Of a stretch of 64,000 bases of DNA, positions 22,252-31,702 are shown piece after piece. This DNA comes from Gemmatimonas sp. (GTDB taxonomy: Bacteria > Gemmatimonadota > Gemmatimonadetes > Gemmatimonadales > Gemmatimonadaceae). A model generated the notes under the pieces. It was not told where the DNA came from. It did no database searches and saw only the letters and a program-made list of their open reading frames with translations. Both the position numbers and the translations under genes were made by a program. Location of the stretch: NCBI GenBank assembly GCA_965279375.1, contig OZ257156.1, forward strand, positions 3,712,001 to 3,776,000. Reading direction: 5' to 3'. The first letter of the stretch is position 1. Every line of letters starts with the position of its first letter.

Positions 22252-23379
22252 ATGTCCATCGCAACGCGCGTCGCCGCGCTGGTGGAGCGGATGTGGAAGA
22301 GTGAGGGGACGGGGGCCGCCCTCGCACGCGTGCTGCTGACGCCCGCAGAGCGACTCTTCTCGTTCGTTGTCGCGCGCCGCAATCGCGGTTACGACGCGTC
22401 GTCGCCATCAACGCGGGCGCTGGCCGCGCTCTCAGTCGGCAACCTGACGGTAGGCGGCACGGGCAAGACGCCAATCGCTGCGTGGTGCGTGCAGCGCCTG
22501 CGCGCACAGGGGGCCAAGCCCTCGATCGTCATGCGTGGCTATGGCGACGACGAGTGGCGGGTGCACACGCTGCTCAACCCCGGCGTGCCGGTCATCGTCT
22601 CGCCGGAGCGGACGGATGGTGTGTTGACGGCACGCACACGCGGCGCGGATTGCGTGGTGCTCGATGATGCCTTCCAGCATCGCCGAGTGGCGCGCGCGGC
22701 GGATCTGGTGCTGGTGAGCGCCGATCGGTGGACTGATCGTGTGCGTCTGCTGCCCGCCGGACCATTTCGGGAGCCTCTCGCTTCGCTGCAGCGCGCGAGC
22801 GTTGTCGTGGTAACGGTCAAGAGTGCCACGGCGGATGTTGTCACGCGCACGGTGCGCGCTGTCACCGCAGCGGCGCCAGCGGTCCCCGTCGCCGTGGTTC
22901 GACTGGTGCCCGGCACCATTCGACTCGCGGCAAGCTTGCCCTCGCTGCAGCAGGCTGATGGCGCGACCGATCGTGGTGCTCGAGCGTCCACGCGCACGAA
23001 TGCGCCGTCGCTCTCGCATGACGCCGCGTGGCTGCGCGGGCGTGACCTGCATGTCGCGACAGCGATCGGCGATCCCGCGTCGTTCGTTGCACAACTGCGT
23101 GGTCTTGGTACTGAGATTTCAGCGGTGCATCGCTACCCTGACCACCATGCGTTCACTATCGACGACGCGACCAAGATTGCCACGGCGGCACGTGGATCGT
23201 CGGGTGTGATCTGCACGCTCAAGGATGCGGTCAAGCTCGGCGCACTCTGGCCTCGCGAAGCGCCGCCGCTTTGGTATGTTTCACAGACAGTGGTTGTCGA
23301 ACGAGGCGCCGAAGCGTTGGACCGTGCATTCGCGCGGGTGCTGGCGGCGCGCGCGACCACTGCTCCCACCGCCGGCTGA
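22252..23379 (+). CDS. lpxK: Tetraacyldisaccharide 4'-kinase
   Basis: VGNLTVGGTGKTP, LDDAFQH, LPAGPFREP, YPDHH, TLKDAVK. Confidence 0.95.
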   Translation: MSIATRVAALVERMWKSEGTGAALARVLLTPAERLFSFVVARRNRGYDASSPSTRALAALSVGNLTVGGTGKTPIAAWCVQRLRAQGAKPSIVMRGYGDDEWRVHTLLNPGVPVIVSPERTDGVLTARTRGADCVVLDDAFQHRRVARAADLVLVSADRWTDRVRLLPAGPFREPLASLQRASVVVVTVKSATADVVTRTVRAVTAAAPAVPVAVVRLVPGTIRLAASLPSLQQADGATDRGARASTRTNAPSLSHDAAWLRGRDLHVATAIGDPASFVAQLRGLGTEISAVHRYPDHHAFTIDDATKIATAARGSSGVICTLKDAVKLGALWPREAPPLWYVSQTVVVERGAEALDRAFARVLAARATTAPTAG

Positions 23380-23400
23380 GCCCGGCCAAAACCTGCCTCT

Positions 23401-24708
23401 ATGGCCCTCAATCTTCGGCTTCCCACGGACAGTATCGTCCGCCCGGACAAGGACCGTTTTCTCAACGAAGACAATCCGTTCGAAGGAATGATGTCGCGCT
23501 TCGATCGCGCGGCGGAACTCCTCGACCTTGAACCCGGCATTTACAAGATTCTTCGCAACCCTGAAAAGCAGTTGATCGTCTCCGTCCCGGTGCAACTCGA
23601 CAATGGTGAAGTCGAGGTGTTCACCGGGTATCGCGTTTTGTACAACACGTCGCGCGGGCCCGCGAAGGGCGGCATCCGCTTCGACATGAAGGTGAATCTC
23701 GAAGAAGTGAAGGCGCTCGCGGCCTGGATGACGTGGAAGTGTGCTGTCGTCAACTTGCCGTTCGGCGGAGCGAAGGGCGGCGTGGTGTGCGATCCCAGCA
23801 ACATGAGTGTCGGTGAGCTCGAGCGCGTCACGCGTCGCTACACCAAGGGCATCATCTCGTTGCTCGGTCCCGACACCGACGTTCCCGCTCCGGACGTGAA
23901 CACGAACGAGCGCGTGATGGCGTGGGTGATGGACACCTACTCCATGCATGTCGGTCGAACCGAGAACGCCGTCGTGACGGGCAAGCCCGTCGAGATGGGC
24001 GGATCGCTCGGTCGCAAGGAAGCGACTGGCCGCGGTTGCATGCTCGTCACGCGTGAGGCTCTCGAGCATCTCGGGCTCAAGATGCAGGGCGCCACGATGG
24101 CGGTGCAGGGCTTTGGCAACGTCGGTTCGACGGCCGCCAAGTTGATGGCGCGTGAAGGCTGCAAGGTCGTGGCGATCGGTGATCGCTTCGGCGCATTTCA
24201 CAACGCGAAGGGCATCGATGTCGATGCGGCGATCGCGTACGTGGACAAGCATCGCTCGCTCGAGGGCTTCACTGGTGCTGATGCGATCGATCCGGAAGAG
24301 TTGTTGACGCTCGACGTTGACGTGCTCGTTCCCGCGGCACTCGAAAACGTCATCACCACCAAGAACGCGCCCAAGATTCGCGCGAAGGTGATCTGCGAAG
24401 GCGCCAACGGCCCGACGACTGCGGCGGCCGACCCGATCCTCGACGAGAAGGGGATTTTCGTCATCCCTGACATCCTCGCGAACGCGGGCGGTGTGACCGT
24501 GTCGTACTTCGAGTGGGTGCAGGATCGCATGGGCTACTTCTGGTCCGAGACCGACGTCAATCAGCGTCTGGCTGGTATCATGACACGCAGCTTCCAGGAC
24601 GTGCTCCAGCTGTCCAAGCAGCACAAGGTGAACATGCGTACGGCGGCGTACATGGTGTCGATCAGTCGAGTCGCTACCGTGCACCGTCTGCGCGGGATCT
24701 ACGCCTGA
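23401..24708 (+). CDS. gdhA: Glu/Leu/Phe/Val dehydrogenase (glutamate dehydrogenase)
   Basis: GPAKGGIR, PFGGAKGG, DVPAPD, QGFGNVG, EGANGP, NAGGVTVSYFEW. Confidence 0.93.
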   Translation: MALNLRLPTDSIVRPDKDRFLNEDNPFEGMMSRFDRAAELLDLEPGIYKILRNPEKQLIVSVPVQLDNGEVEVFTGYRVLYNTSRGPAKGGIRFDMKVNLEEVKALAAWMTWKCAVVNLPFGGAKGGVVCDPSNMSVGELERVTRRYTKGIISLLGPDTDVPAPDVNTNERVMAWVMDTYSMHVGRTENAVVTGKPVEMGGSLGRKEATGRGCMLVTREALEHLGLKMQGATMAVQGFGNVGSTAAKLMAREGCKVVAIGDRFGAFHNAKGIDVDAAIAYVDKHRSLEGFTGADAIDPEELLTLDVDVLVPAALENVITTKNAPKIRAKVICEGANGPTTAAADPILDEKGIFVIPDILANAGGVTVSYFEWVQDRMGYFWSETDVNQRLAGIMTRSFQDVLQLSKQHKVNMRTAAYMVSISRVATVHRLRGIYA

Positions 24709-24721
24709 CCGACGCGCGCTC

Positions 24722-25186
24722 GTGCGCATCGCGGTAGTCGTCGTCGGCAAGCCTCGTCATCCGGGGCTTGCCGACGCGATTCGGGACTATGAGACTCGAG
24801 CGGCGCGGTATTGGCCGCTCGACGTGTTCGAGGTTAAGGAGGAGTCAGGGCGGAGTTCCACGCCCGCCCTCGTGAAGGCCCGTGAGACGGAGCGCCTTAT
24901 CGAACGCATACCTGGAGAGGCGCGCATCGTGGCGTGCGATCCAGGGGGCGCCCCCATGGACTCCGATGCCTTCGCTGCCTTTCTTGCAACGCAGCGCGAC
25001 CACGCCCAGAGCGTCGCGTTTGTCATCGGCGGCGCCCACGGACTCGATGATACGATTCGGCAGCGCGCGGCTCGGCGGCTATCTTTAGCGCCGTGGACAC
25101 TGCCCCACGAACTCGCGCGCCTGGTGCTGGCCGAGCAGCTATACCGCGCTGGGACCATCGCGCGGGGAGAACCGTATCACAAATGA
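24722..25186 (+). CDS. rlmH: 23S rRNA pseudouridine-1915 methyltransferase
   Basis: FVIGGAHGL, TLPHELAR, EQLYRA, PYHK C-terminus. Confidence 0.95.
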   Translation: MRIAVVVVGKPRHPGLADAIRDYETRAARYWPLDVFEVKEESGRSSTPALVKARETERLIERIPGEARIVACDPGGAPMDSDAFAAFLATQRDHAQSVAFVIGGAHGLDDTIRQRAARRLSLAPWTLPHELARLVLAEQLYRAGTIARGEPYHK

Positions 25187-25193
25187 TCCTCAC

Positions 25194-26810
25194 GTGAGCG
25201 AAACGACCACACAGCTCTCCAGCGCGACTGACGTTCTCGTTCGTACCGTACCGCTCGGCGGCAGCGCGTTCTCTCGCGCGTTGCAAGCCGGAAGCGTCGG
25301 TGCCGAGTGGTTGGCGCAGCGCCCGACATCGTCCGCCCAATGGCGCGCGCGCGCGGTCGCGGTACGCGACGGACATCGGACGATCGATTGGCTGACGGCG
25401 TTAGCTCCGGCGATCGCGGCGACCGGGCGTGCCGCGGAGCGGCTTGGCCGCGCGGCCGCTGGTGGTGTGGTCGTCACCACGGGTCAGCAACCGGGACTCT
25501 TCGGCGGGCCGACGTACACGTGGTCCAAGGCGCTCGGCGCGCTGGCGATGGCCAATGCGCTGGAGGCGGAGGTGGGCATGCCCGTCGCCCCGATCTTCTG
25601 GGCCGCGAGCGACGACGCAGACTGGATGGAAGCTGCCGTGACGCACGTGGTGACGGCTCGCGGCCTGGAGGCGCTCTCGCAGGTGGGGCCGGCGACGGAC
25701 GGTATCGCCATGGCCGACGTGCCCCTCGGTGACCTGACGGCCGCCCTGGAGCGGCTGCGCGCTGCCTGTGGCTCGGCGGCCCACGTGGACGTGCTGGAGC
25801 AGGTAGCGTCTGCCTACGTGCCACACAACACCGTCGGCGCGGCGTACGTGCATTTGCTGCGCGCGCTGCTCGAACCGCTTGGCATCGCGGTTCTCGATGC
25901 GGCGCATCCCTCGTGTAGAGCGGCGGCCGACCCGTTCCTGCGCAACGCGCTGGGTCGTGCCGCCGCAGTATCCGACGCACTTGCCGCACGCACGCTTGCT
26001 ATTCGTGCCGCAGGCTTCGAGCCCCAAGTCGAGCCCATCAACGAGCTCTCATTGGTGTTCCGTACGCAGCTCGGCGTGTCCGGTCGTGAACGTGATCGCG
26101 TGCGTGAGCGAGTGCCTGTTCAAGATGCCGCCCGCGTTGTCCGCGAAGCAGAATCCGGCACACTTGGCGCGAACGTGCTGCTTCGACCGGTGTTGGAGCG
26201 CGCGCTGCTGCCCACGGTGACGTACATGGCTGGTCCGGGCGAGTTTGCATACTTCGCGCAGGTGAGCGCGGTGGCCGATGCGCTCGGTGCGGAGCCGCCT
26301 GTCGTGACGCCTCGCTGGGCGGGCGAGCTGGTGGACTCGCGCGCGATGGCGCTGCTCGACGAGCTCGGTATCGACGAGGCGCTGCTGCGCGAACCCAACC
26401 TCGCCGAAACGGAGCTGGCGCGGCGCAGCGTCGCGGACACTGTGCAGGACGCACTCGAGCGCCTGCGTGTGGCGACGGACACGCAGCTGCGCACCGTGCG
26501 TGACGCGATCCGTCAGGACGACGGCGTGGTGTCCGCTGACGTCCTCGCCGGGCTCGAGCGCGATGTGTCGCATCGGTTGGAGCGATTCGAGCGTCGTATC
26601 CGCGCCGGCGTCAAGCGTCGCGAAGTCGAGTTGATGCAACGTGTCGCGGTCGCGCGCGGATGGCTGCGGCCGTTGGGTACGTCGCCGGAGCGTGTGCTCA
26701 ACGTGATCCCGATGCTCGCGCGCTACGGCCCGACGGTGTTCGTGCAGATGCACGCCGCCGCGCTCGAGTACGCGCGTTCGCTGGTGCAGGGCGTCGACGA
26801 GGCGAAGTGA
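25194..26810 (+). CDS. bshC: Bacillithiol biosynthesis protein BshC-like
   Basis: VTTGQQPGLFGGPTYT, FWAASDDAD, NVLLRP, GPGEFAYFAQ, C-terminal coiled coil with ERVLN. Confidence 0.85.
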   Translation: MSETTTQLSSATDVLVRTVPLGGSAFSRALQAGSVGAEWLAQRPTSSAQWRARAVAVRDGHRTIDWLTALAPAIAATGRAAERLGRAAAGGVVVTTGQQPGLFGGPTYTWSKALGALAMANALEAEVGMPVAPIFWAASDDADWMEAAVTHVVTARGLEALSQVGPATDGIAMADVPLGDLTAALERLRAACGSAAHVDVLEQVASAYVPHNTVGAAYVHLLRALLEPLGIAVLDAAHPSCRAAADPFLRNALGRAAAVSDALAARTLAIRAAGFEPQVEPINELSLVFRTQLGVSGRERDRVRERVPVQDAARVVREAESGTLGANVLLRPVLERALLPTVTYMAGPGEFAYFAQVSAVADALGAEPPVVTPRWAGELVDSRAMALLDELGIDEALLREPNLAETELARRSVADTVQDALERLRVATDTQLRTVRDAIRQDDGVVSADVLAGLERDVSHRLERFERRIRAGVKRREVELMQRVAVARGWLRPLGTSPERVLNVIPMLARYGPTVFVQMHAAALEYARSLVQGVDEAK

Positions 26811-28390
26811 GCGCAGAGTCGAACGGCCGATCGGCGATGGTAGTTGGTGCGGGAATCTTTCTGAGCCGCATCGTTGGCTTGCTGCGCAACTTGCTCTTCG
26901 CTCGCTACTTCGGCGCAGGTGTGGCGTCGGATGCATACACCGCGGCCTTCAAGATCCCGAATGCCGTGCGCAATCTGCTCGGCGAAGGCACGCTCTCCGC
27001 ATCGTTCGTTCCGGTGTACAGCAAGATGCTTGCGCGCGGCGACGAAAAGGCGTCTCGCGCGCTTGCCGGTGCGATTCTCGGTCTGCTGCTCGCGGCCGTC
27101 TCCGTGCTCACACTCGTGGGAATCGCGATCGCGCCGTGGCTGACCACATTTCTCGCCGCCGGCTTCGACGACGCCACGCAGGCGCTGACCACGCGACTGA
27201 CGCGCGTGCTTTTCCCGATGACCGGGCTGATGGTGCTGAGCGGCTGGTGCCTCGGCATCCAGAACTCGCACCGTCGCTTCTTCTGGTCGTATGCGAGCGC
27301 GGCGCTGTGGTCGATTGCCCAGATCGCCTTGCTGCTCGTTTGGGGAAGTCGTGCCAGCGATATGGTGCAGCTGTCGGTGTGGTTGGCGTGGGCCACGTTG
27401 GTGGGCGCTGCGTTGCAGGTGGGCGCACAACTTCCAGAGGTCATGCGGCTGGTGTGGCCGCTACCCGTCTCGCTCAGCACGATGGCCGACGGCGTGAAGC
27501 AGACGCTCCGCAATGTGTTGCCGGTGGTGACGGCGCTCGGCGTGGTGCAGATCTCGTCGTTCGTGGACCTGCAGATTGCATCCTGGCTGCCGTCTGGCGC
27601 GGCGACGAACATGGGATACGCGAACAACATTGCGCTGTTGCCCGTGTCGCTGTTCGGCGTGTCGGTCGCTGCGGCGTCGTTGCCGGAGTTTTCGCGCGAC
27701 TCGGGTTCGCTGGCCATGGATGCGCTGCTCGAGCGCCTGCGCGGCGGTTGGCAGCGCATCCTGTTCTACATCATCCCGAGCACTGTCGCGTTCACGGCGT
27801 TCGGTGACTACTGCGTGGGCATCCTGTACCGCGGTGGCAAGTTTGGTGCGCAGGAGCAGCAGGTGGTGCATTTGATCCTGGCAGCATTCGCCGTCGGGCT
27901 CATCAGCTTTGCGTCCGTCAAGTTGCTGTCGTCCGCGTACTACGCGCTGCAGGACTATCGCACGCCGCTGCGCGCGAGCATCGCGAGTATCTGCGTGTCG
28001 GCGGTGGCGTCTATCGCGATTGCCGTTCCGTTGCGCGCGTCGCCGTACGCGTCGGCGGGCATCGCTCTCGGTACCGCGCTCGGGTCGTACGTGAATCTCA
28101 GCATCCTCATTCGCGGCCTGAATCGACGACTGGGCTCTCTGTACACGACAACAATGTGGGCAGGCACGCGGCGCATTCTGATTGCGTCTGCAGTGGGCGC
28201 TGCGGTCGCCTGGGGCGGGAAGCTCGGTTTGACTGCGCTGACCTCATCACTCCATCCGCGCGTTGCCGGGCCGCCGATCCTCGCGCTCTTTGGTGGCGTG
28301 TACTTGCTCGTTGCGTGGTGGATGGGATCGGGTGAGGCGGCGCGGTGGCTTCGACTGCCGATGCGGTCGCGCCCGACGCCTGCCGCCTGA
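26807..28390 (+). CDS. murJ: Lipid II flippase MurJ
   Basis: SRIVGLLR, AFKIPN, GEGTLSASFVP, many transmembrane helices. Confidence 0.93.
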   Translation: MSAESNGRSAMVVGAGIFLSRIVGLLRNLLFARYFGAGVASDAYTAAFKIPNAVRNLLGEGTLSASFVPVYSKMLARGDEKASRALAGAILGLLLAAVSVLTLVGIAIAPWLTTFLAAGFDDATQALTTRLTRVLFPMTGLMVLSGWCLGIQNSHRRFFWSYASAALWSIAQIALLLVWGSRASDMVQLSVWLAWATLVGAALQVGAQLPEVMRLVWPLPVSLSTMADGVKQTLRNVLPVVTALGVVQISSFVDLQIASWLPSGAATNMGYANNIALLPVSLFGVSVAAASLPEFSRDSGSLAMDALLERLRGGWQRILFYIIPSTVAFTAFGDYCVGILYRGGKFGAQEQQVVHLILAAFAVGLISFASVKLLSSAYYALQDYRTPLRASIASICVSAVASIAIAVPLRASPYASAGIALGTALGSYVNLSILIRGLNRRLGSLYTTTMWAGTRRILIASAVGAAVAWGGKLGLTALTSSLHPRVAGPPILALFGGVYLLVAWWMGSGEAARWLRLPMRSRPTPAA

Positions 28391-28405
28391 CACGGCCGTC
28401 GAGCG

Positions 28406-30355
28406 ATGTCTGACGAGAGCGTAGTGCGCGATTCCGATGCGGCGATGCCGCTGCCCGATGACGAATGGACAGCGGAGGCGATGGCGCGCGGCATGCCGGC
28501 GTCGGTGGCGGTAAAACTGCCACACTTGCCGGATGGTCCGGGTGTGTATCTGTGGAAGGATGCGGACGGCGTCATCCTGTACGTCGGCAAGGCGAAGCGA
28601 CTGCGATCGCGCGTGCGCAGCTACTGGGCGCAGGATCACGAGGCGAGCCCCAAGACGCGTGGTCTGCTGCGCAAGGTGCGCGACCTCGAGACGATCGTCG
28701 TTCCCACGGAGGCGCACGCGCTGATCCTCGAAGCGACGATGATCAAGGAGAATCGTCCTCGCTTCAACATCGCGCTGCGCGACGACAAGTCGTATCCGTA
28801 CATCAAGGTTACGGTTCAGGAGCCGTTCCCGCGTGTGATCGTCACGCGCCGACTTCTCGACGACGGTGCGCGCTACTTCGGTCCGTACACCGATGTGGGT
28901 GCGATGCGAAAGGCGCTCAACGTCGTCAAGCGCATCTTCACCGTGCGCTCGTGCCACTACGCGCTGATGCGAGAGGTACCGGAGCGGCCCTGTCTCGACT
29001 ACTTCATCAAGAAGTGTCAGGCGCCGTGCGTGGGATATCAGTCGAGCGAAGACTACCGCACGATGATCGACGAGGTCGTCTGGTTTCTCGACGGCCGCAC
29101 CAACGACGTCGTGCGCCGCGTTAAGGAGCGCATGGTCGAGGCGTCGGAGCGTCTCGACTTTGAACGCGCCGCCGAGATGCGCGATGCGTTGCGTCATCTC
29201 GAGAAGATGGAAGAGCCGACGGTCGTGCTCGAAGTGGAGGGCGGCGATCGCGACGTGGTGGGCTACGCGCGCGATGGCGAAGATGCGTGCGTGGTCGTGC
29301 TGCGCATTCGTGGCGGTACCCTGCTCGCGCGCGATCATCGTCTCGTGGAGCATGCCGAAGGCGAAGACGATGGCGCCGTACTCGGCGCGTGTCTGGCGCA
29401 GTGGTATCGCACCGCGGATGCGCGGGCAGCGGATCTGCTCGTACCGTTCGACTTCGAGGACCGCGAATCGCTGGAGACCTCGCTCGAGTGGACGCGCATT
29501 CGCGTGCCGCAGCGCGGTCCACGGCGCGCACTCGTGGATCTCGCCGATCAGAACGCGCGACACTTGTTGGAGGAGTTCAAGCTGGCGGCGCTCGAAGCCG
29601 AAGAGCGAGCCGCCGATCCAGTGTACGAACTGCAACGCGAACTGGGATTACCACGCTTGCCTCGTTCGCTCGTCTGCTTCGACATCTCCCACGCGCAGGG
29701 TACGGACGTCGTCGCCAGCTGCGTCTGGTTCGAGAACGCGCGTCCCAAGCGGGCGGAGTACCGCAAGTTCAAGATCGCGTCGTTCGAGGGGAACGACGAC
29801 TTCCGCGCGATGATGGAAGTGGTGACGCGCTACTTCACTCGTCGGCTGGCCGAGGAGAAGCCGCTCCCCGATTTGTGTGTGATCGACGGCGGCAAGGGGC
29901 AGTTAGGCAAGGCGCGCGAGGCCCTTGACCAGCTCGGCGTGACGCAGATGGCGCTCATCAGCCTGGCCAAGCGCGAGGAAGAGATCTTCGTGCCGGGGAA
30001 GAGTGAATCGGTGCGATTGCCCAAGCGCTCGCCCGCACTGCGCATGCTGCAGCAGGCGCGCGATGAGGCGCATCGATTTGCGATCACCTTCCAGCGTCAG
30101 AAGCGCGCTGCCCGCACCATTACCTCGGAGCTGCTCAAGATTCCGGGCGTGGGGCCGAACAAGCGACGAGCGCTGCTCAAGGCCTTTGGAAGCGTGCAAG
30201 GGGTGCGCAACGCGAGCGTGGCCGACGTGGCCGCGATTCCGGGCTTTGGCGTCGGCTCCGCCAGGAAGCTGCTGCTTGCGCTCGGCGTTCCGGTGGCGGA
30301 TGATCCGCCGCCAGTCGTTCCTGATGATTCTCCAACCGAAACGGACCCGTCGTGA
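28406..30355 (+). CDS. uvrC: Excinuclease ABC subunit C
   Basis: PGVY, LYVGKAK (GIY-YIG), FDISH, IDGGKGQ, RDEAHRFA, HhH motifs. Confidence 0.97.
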   Translation: MSDESVVRDSDAAMPLPDDEWTAEAMARGMPASVAVKLPHLPDGPGVYLWKDADGVILYVGKAKRLRSRVRSYWAQDHEASPKTRGLLRKVRDLETIVVPTEAHALILEATMIKENRPRFNIALRDDKSYPYIKVTVQEPFPRVIVTRRLLDDGARYFGPYTDVGAMRKALNVVKRIFTVRSCHYALMREVPERPCLDYFIKKCQAPCVGYQSSEDYRTMIDEVVWFLDGRTNDVVRRVKERMVEASERLDFERAAEMRDALRHLEKMEEPTVVLEVEGGDRDVVGYARDGEDACVVVLRIRGGTLLARDHRLVEHAEGEDDGAVLGACLAQWYRTADARAADLLVPFDFEDRESLETSLEWTRIRVPQRGPRRALVDLADQNARHLLEEFKLAALEAEERAADPVYELQRELGLPRLPRSLVCFDISHAQGTDVVASCVWFENARPKRAEYRKFKIASFEGNDDFRAMMEVVTRYFTRRLAEEKPLPDLCVIDGGKGQLGKAREALDQLGVTQMALISLAKREEEIFVPGKSESVRLPKRSPALRMLQQARDEAHRFAITFQRQKRAARTITSELLKIPGVGPNKRRALLKAFGSVQGVRNASVADVAAIPGFGVGSARKLLLALGVPVADDPPPVVPDDSPTETDPS

Positions 30356-31500
30356 CTGATCGCGCGAATTGGAGCCTGACCTGCTCGTCCTGTGCCACTG
30401 CCGTTCCTGTCGCCGGCGCCTCGCTGTGCACGAGCTGCGGGCAGCCGCTTTTTGCGCGCTATGCGCCTGTTCCAGTCGGAACCCCCCTCGCACCGCGATG
30501 GGACGCGTGGCGGTATTCGCCGTTCATGCCGCTGCTCGCCGGCGAGGCTCCCGTCACGCTGGGCGAAGGGCTGACTCCGCTGATCGAGTCGCCGGCGCTG
30601 GCGACAGCCATGGGCGTACGACGACTGTGGATCAAGGACGAAGGGCAGAACCCGACGGCGTCGTTCAAGGCTCGTGGCATGAGTGCGGCGGTCACGCGGG
30701 CCAAGGGAGCTGGGGTGCCGGGGATCGTGGTGCCGACGGCCGGCAACGCCGGTGCGGCGCTTGCTGCGTACGGCGCGGCGGCCGGGCTCGAAGTGCGTGT
30801 CTTTGCGCCTCGAACGACGCCACGTCCGATTCTCGACACGATCGAAGCGATGGGGGCGACACTGGTCCGCATCGACGGGCACATCGGCGACGCCGGAAAG
30901 CTGGCCCTGGCGTACGCGGCGGAGACCGGGTTCTTCAACGTGTCCACGCTGCGCGAGCCGTACCGCGTGGAGGGGATGAAGACGATGGGTTTTGAGGTGG
31001 CCGAGCAGTTGGGGTGGCGACTCCCGGATGCCATCGTCTATCCGACCGGCGGCGGCGAAGGGACGATCGGCATCTGGAAGGCGATCGACGAGCTGGTCGC
31101 GGGCGGGTGGCTTCCGGCCGATGCAAAGCAGCCCAAGTACGTCATCGCGCAGGCGTCTGGGTGTGCGCCGATTGCGCGGGCATTCGCTGCGGGCGAGTCG
31201 AAGGCGGAGCCGTGGATCGATCCGACCACGTACGCCGCGGGATTGCGAGTGCCGTCGCCACTGGGCGACCGACTGTTGCTGCGCATTCTCCGCGAGGCGG
31301 GCGGCACGGCCGGCGTGGCGACCGAGGAGCAGATCCGGACGTGGACGCTCCGCATGGCGACCGAGACCGGGATCGATGCGGCGCCAGAAGGCGGCTGCGC
31401 GTTGCAGGTTTTGCACGATGCGGTGCGCGCCGGAACGATCGCGGCGGACGCGGAAGTCGTGCTGTTCAACACCGGAAGTGGTGCGTCGTATCGCACCTGA
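30352..31500 (+). CDS. thrC: Threonine synthase-like PLP enzyme
   Basis: N-terminal CxxC...CxxC, LGEGLTPL, NPTASFKARG, EGMKTMGFE. Confidence 0.75.
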   Translation: MTDRANWSLTCSSCATAVPVAGASLCTSCGQPLFARYAPVPVGTPLAPRWDAWRYSPFMPLLAGEAPVTLGEGLTPLIESPALATAMGVRRLWIKDEGQNPTASFKARGMSAAVTRAKGAGVPGIVVPTAGNAGAALAAYGAAAGLEVRVFAPRTTPRPILDTIEAMGATLVRIDGHIGDAGKLALAYAAETGFFNVSTLREPYRVEGMKTMGFEVAEQLGWRLPDAIVYPTGGGEGTIGIWKAIDELVAGGWLPADAKQPKYVIAQASGCAPIARAFAAGESKAEPWIDPTTYAAGLRVPSPLGDRLLLRILREAGGTAGVATEEQIRTWTLRMATETGIDAAPEGGCALQVLHDAVRAGTIAADAEVVLFNTGSGASYRT

Positions 31501-31702
31501 GTGAACGCATTCCGGACCGGAATCGAGGGTGTTGCCGTTGAAGTTCGCTGCACGGTCGATCGAGCGAAGTCCATGTCTTTGATTGACTTCGCTTGGTCTG
31601 CCTCTTACGTTGTGTGAAGTGGGCGGCGGCGTTGGGTTGCCGCCCGATTAGTGTCCGGGGGAGGGCCGCGCTGGCCCCGTCCCCCGTTTTCGTACCGGGA
31701 CC

